DNA of 26,494 nucleotides, from positions 62,001 through 88,494 of the forward strand of contig KZ538275.1 of assembly GCA_000934665.2 (NCBI GenBank), read 5' to 3'. Position numbers and translations under genes: made by a program. The DNA is from Catajapyx aquilonaris. Lineage: Eukaryota. The notes below the pieces were generated by a model. The model saw nothing but the letters and a program-made list of their open reading frames with translations. It had not been told where the DNA came from and did not search any database. Shown here piece after piece: positions 25,192-26,494 of the stretch (within the stretch, counting starts at the first letter, position 1; the number at the start of each line of letters is the position of its first letter).

Positions 25192-25274
25192 CATCGATAC
25201 TTCAAAGCACTCTAAGGCTAAACACATCGATATGTCGCAGCCAATATATCGACCTTGCTGTTTCAGAATCGATG
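25192..25274 (-). promoter_or_regulatory. Cluster of DRE-like (TATCGATA) motifs in the AMPK-alpha promoter region
   Basis: CATCGATA at 25192-25199 and 25225-25232 (7/8 matches), plus ATCGA cores near 25248 and 25268, 130-210 nt upstream of the ATG. Confidence 0.5.
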
Positions 25275-25439
25275 CCCTTTGATCAGGCGCAGTAGAGAAG
25301 TTCTCTTCCAAGCCGACAGGTGGCAGTAATGGCTACGTATGCAGCGACATCTGCTAGGCACACTCGAACTAACAGACGTTAAGGCGGGGTTTTCAAAATT
25401 GAGACACCATTGTTGTGGTGTTGATATTATTTATACGCT

Positions 25440-25584
25440 ACTTACGCATGTTGAACTTGGTGTAGGTCAATTTAAACATGAGTGATTGAAACGTGGAGGG
25501 CTATTTATAATTATCCTTCTGGGGAGCCTGTTCGTAAGCACGGATCTCCAAAAGTCGAGTAGTTCATAACCCGGGGACTACCTG
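25440..25584. mobile_element. Partial second copy of the Tigger/pogo-like MITE
   Basis: Shares gttgaacttggtgt.ggtcaat...gtgattgaaa...ggagcc.ttc.taag with 14629-14754 and ends TTCATAACCCGGGGACTACCTG|TA. Confidence 0.7.
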
Positions 25585-25666
25585 TACTTGGGCGACTCAT
25601 CAAAAAAGTTTGATAGTTACCACATGTTTAAGTTACCCCAGCCATTCAGACTGCAACATGTTATTT

Positions 25667-25796
25667 TTAACCCTGGAACCGTGCCGTGTCTGCCGTGCCT
25701 GAAAGTCACGGGAACCGTGCCGTGGGGTCTTTTAGGACCCCACACCATATTTTCATTTTTATTAATCTTGATATAATACCTTTCAATGTATTGACT
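25667..25796 (+). mobile_element. piggyBac-like element terminus, same family as 18921-19029
   Basis: TTAA|CCCTGGAACCGTG, repeated ccgtgcc motifs, and ggggtcttttaggacccc. Confidence 0.6.
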
Positions 25797-26461
25797 GGGT
25801 TCAGTGGGGCTTAACGTCGGCCTATTTCTGCCTCTAAGGCTCAACACCGACGCCAGGGAGTGGTCCTCCTCCTCGAAATTAGGCAGGGACGCCGGAAGTC
25901 ATTTCTAACTGTGGGGGCGAAACTCAGAACTCAGAATGCACGGGGGGNGGGGGGGGGGGGCTGGTAAGGAGGAACATACACTGATCCGTGTTGCGGATTA
26001 TTCGTGCATCGCCAAGAGGAACAGTGAGAAATCAAAGTTGGAACGATGTCCATATGTTTTGCAGAGAAAGAAATGATAGCACACGGCAGGGGCGTAGCAA
26101 GAGGATTAGGCGGAATTAGGCACCCCGGGCGACGGGTAATAGACGCACGCACCCCCCTCATGAATGATGGAAGGGCAAAGAAGCAGCCCGCCGCAGGCGA
26201 AATTTTTTGGGGTATAAGGTCACACCGGGTCACACAAACGTAGGTGAATGTTACAGTAAGTGTTACCAAGAGCTCATGGTGTTACTAATTAGTGAGTTAG
26301 TGACAATGACGGAAAGGTTACCCACCTCCTCTCTTTTGTCTGTCGCTTGCATTTTGACTTTAAAATTATACAGAAAACTGTTCCAGTGTTTTACAAAACT
26401 CCGACATAAACAACCAACAGCAAAAAGAATGAACCTATTGTTTCTGCAGAAAATTGAAATT

Positions 26462-26487
26462 TCTCTCTCTCTCTCTCTCTCTCTCTC
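26462..26487 (+). repeat. (TC)13 microsatellite
   Basis: Direct reading of the sequence. Confidence 0.9.
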
Positions 26488-26494
26488 ATTATCC

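Noticed and set aside
25800..26270. GC-rich segment with a G-run and a caggggcgtagc terminus-like motif
   Set aside because: Probably repeat-derived, but it contains an ambiguous base (N at 25948) and no matching second terminus was found.

Overview
Eukaryotic genomic DNA, most likely from an arthropod/hexapod (inferred from the insect-like AMPK-alpha sequence and short introns). Three intron-containing genes could be assembled by hand with GT-AG boundaries and consistent phases. (1) A TUT4/TUT7-type bipartite terminal uridylyltransferase on the minus strand: 15 coding exons, 13426->454, about 1489 aa. (2) A predicted type II membrane protein with two fasciclin (FAS1) domains on the plus strand: 4 exons, 18487->20790, about 420 aa. 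(3) The AMPK catalytic alpha subunit on the minus strand, 25064->21254, convergent with the fasciclin gene. Introns and intergenic DNA are rich in mobile-element debris: a 5'-truncated RTE-like LINE, a tRNA-derived SINE with a 16-bp target-site duplication, and mariner, Tc1/pogo, hAT and piggyBac-like MITEs. I see no clearly new multi-gene system. The best leads are two frame-preserving 27-nt candidate microexons in AMPK regulatory loops, the type II fasciclin architecture, two unexplained tandem hairpins at 17157-17365, and back-to-back poly(A) signals between the convergent genes. All coordinates were read by eye and no database searches were run.
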